This document shows positions 61,583 to 64,000 of a DNA stretch of 64,000 nucleotides, piece after piece. The first letter of the stretch is position 1, and each line of letters starts with the position of its first letter. Location of the stretch: the NCBI RefSeq assembly GCF_963921235.1, contig NC_086108.1, positions 7,564,001 to 7,628,000 of the forward strand, given 5' to 3'. This DNA comes from Mobula hypostoma. Lineage: Eukaryota. The position numbers were made by a program, and so were the translations under genes. Below the pieces are notes generated by a model, which did not search any database, was not told the DNA's origin, and saw only the letters and a program-made list of their open reading frames with translations.

Positions 61583-62239
61583 AGCTGGAATGTGGAGGTG
61601 CCAGTCTTCAGATAAAGTATCAAACATAAAACTGCTTCTTCCTTCAAAGCTTCTGTTTCCCAATGAAAAGATCAATGGAGATTAAAAGCACTTTATATAA
61701 AAGCAGGAGTTTGCGGCTGAGAGGGAAAATGGATCAGCCATAACGAAATGGTTTAGAGGACTTGATGGACCAAATGGCCTAATTCTGCCCCTATATCTGA
61801 TGGTCTTATAGTCACATATATAGACAGCAGGCTAGCATAGAACATAGAACAGTACAAAACCCTTCAGCGCACGATGTTACACTGACCTTTTAACCTACTT
61901 CAAGATTAATCTAACCCTTCTCTCCTACAGGAATCCACTGCTATTAGCAAACATTTAACAAACCTACAGTGTAAGGATAAAACCACTATTGACAAACATT
62001 AACAAACCTAGTGTTTAATTTGTACAGACACCTTACATGCTGCAAGCTCACAGAGAGTTCAGATTTTTATCTTTTTACAAAATTAATTACACCACAACAC
62101 ACTGTATGCTACATTTCCTCACCAGTGGTTGGGTTTAGTTGTTTGGAGAATGTTATTAATGTCTGGCATTCAAGAACTACTGCATTTATGAAGAGATTGG
62201 TGGGGATAGTTCCACTATGATGGTTTGAAGAGGTTGCTG

Positions 62240-63325
62240 ATTCTTGGTTGCATCAAGCATGGTATCTCTTTTGAGTTCAAGAACTGTGAGGTAATGTTCC
62301 AACTCAATAAAACCCTAGTTAAATCACACATAGAATATTGTGTTCAGTTCTTTTCGCCTCATGATGTGGGACATGGAAGCTTTGGAGAAGGTGCAGAGGA
62401 GACTTACCAGGATGCTGCCTGGATTACAGCGCATAATTTATGATGATAAATTGAATGAGCTAGGCTTTCCCCTTTAGAGCCAAGGAAGATGAGTGGCTCA
62501 GTGGCTGGTACGCTGACGGAGAAGATCCTGACAGGCAGGATTTATGAACATTTGGAGAGGTATAATATGATTAGGAATAGTCAGCATGGCTTTGTCAAGG
62601 GCAGGTTGTGCCTTACGAGCCTGTTTGAATTTTTTTGAGGATGTGACTAAACACGTTGATGAAGGAAGAGCAGTAGATGTAGTGTATATGGATTTTAGCA
62701 AGGCATTTGATAAGGTACCTCATGCAAGGCTTATTGAGAAAGTAAGGAAGTATGGGATCCAAGGGAACCTTGCTTTGTGGATCCAGAACTGGCTTGCCCA
62801 CAGAAGGCAAATTTTCCCATATAAATTAATGGTAATTGCTTCTTCACTTTATGCCACTTTGGCTTACGAACGGTTTCATAGGAACGCTCTACATTCAGAT
62901 AGCGGGGAAAACCTGGTACAGAGAAAAGAGAAAATTAGGTAGGTCTTATTCCTTGGAATGTAGAAGATTGAGGGGAGATTTGATAGGCATATACAAAATT
63001 ACGAGGGATATAGATAGGGTAAATGCAAGCATGTTTTTCCGAGGTGAGGTTGGGTGAGACTACAACCAGAGGTCATTGGTTAAGGGTGAAAGGGAAATCT
63101 TTAATGGGAACATGAGGGAGAACTTCTTCACTCAGAGGTGGTGAGAGTGTGGAATGAACTGCCGGTGCAACTAATGCACGCGAGCTCAATTTCAACATTT
63201 AAGGAAAGTTTGGACAGGGCTATGGTCCCAGTGCAGGTTGAAGGGAGTAGGCAGTTTAAATGGTTCAGCATGGACTAGAAAGGCTGAAGGGCCTGCTTCT
63301 GTGCTGTGCTTTTCTATGACTCTAA
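62240..63325 (+). mobile_element. Cluster of CR1 ORF2 fragments
   Basis: SQHGFVKGR; FFEDVTKHVDEGRAVDVVYMDFSKAFDKVPHARL; SLECRRLRGDLIGIYKI; CR1 3' UTR. Confidence 0.88.
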
Positions 63326-63367
63326 GGCCCTCCATTTTTCTATCATCCATGTGCCTATGCAAGAGTC

Positions 63368-63653
63368 TCTTACCTACTTACCTGCTGGTGTTTAGGGCAG
63401 CAGTGAAGGTCCTCTATCTCTGGTGGTGTTCAGGGCTTCCTTCATCGTGTTAGTAGCTTCCTCTCAGTTTTCACTACCGTCAGTCATGCAAGTCCCAGGT
63501 GGAGGCTCAGGAATACCATCACACTCAGATATAGGATTCTTATTGCTGGTCCCATAACAATCTTGTTTTACCAGTCAGGATTGTTAGCACTGAGCTAAAC
63601 CTCTGAACCTGGAAGACCGTTGGACCACTCTTAGTCTGTCCTCTACCCTTTGA
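63368..63653 (-). mobile_element. Second copy of the bipartite RTE element (as 59298-59620)
   Basis: Antisense tail 'ttacctacttac' and shared 'ttttaccag..ggattgttagc.ctgagct..acc..gaacctgga'. Confidence 0.7.
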
Positions 63654-64000
63654 GCCACAACTCACTGTGCAAAGAATTTACATCTGATATCCTCCCCTAT
63701 ATGTTCCTCCAATCACCTTAAAATTATGTCCACTTGTATTAGGTATTTTTGTTCTGGGAAAATAAATCCCCATGCAGCAGTCTTGAGGGGTTTGAGGGAT
63801 TTATGTGGACCCCAAGATCACTCTGTTCCTCTATACTGCTAGCTGCCAGTGAAAGTGGGAGATGTGGGTCAACTGCAGCATTTAAGAGAAGTTTGGGTAG
63901 CTACTTAAATGCCAAGGGTATGAAGGGCCATGGTCTGGGAAAAAGAGTAGACAGGGAGTATCCATTGATGCCTCTCATAAGCTTATTAAACCTCTATCAG

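Overview
Repeat-saturated vertebrate non-coding DNA (intron or intergenic). The repeat inventory (V-SINE/HE1-like SINEs, CR1/HER1-like LINEs, SacSINE1-like Deu-SINEs, abundant Penelope-like elements) points to a cartilaginous fish (ray or shark); this is an inference. I could not support any host protein-coding gene: nearly all listed ORFs are decayed transposon frames or antisense noise. Contents: >20 Rex1/Babar LINE fragments (one young copy with a single in-frame stop), many CR1 fragments including a 5' half with ORF1 esterase, RTE fragments and RTE-derived non-autonomous elements, Penelope-like elements with GIY-YIG endonuclease, Tc1 relics, a hAT-like MITE and a Chapaev3-type DNA transposon with TIRs and a TAA target-site duplication. 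The most notable signal is a minimal hammerhead ribozyme motif (cagtc-CTGANGA-A-stem II-GAAAC-GTC-gactg) in the Penelope terminal repeat, recognisable at a dozen or more positions; two copies keep the intact catalytic core. A few repeat-free islands (about 10.5-11.4, 20.8-21.2, 22.1-22.5, 25.6-25.9, 44.4-44.9, 57.9-58.6, 60.8-61.5 kb) may be regulatory. Repeat boundaries were read by eye and are approximate.
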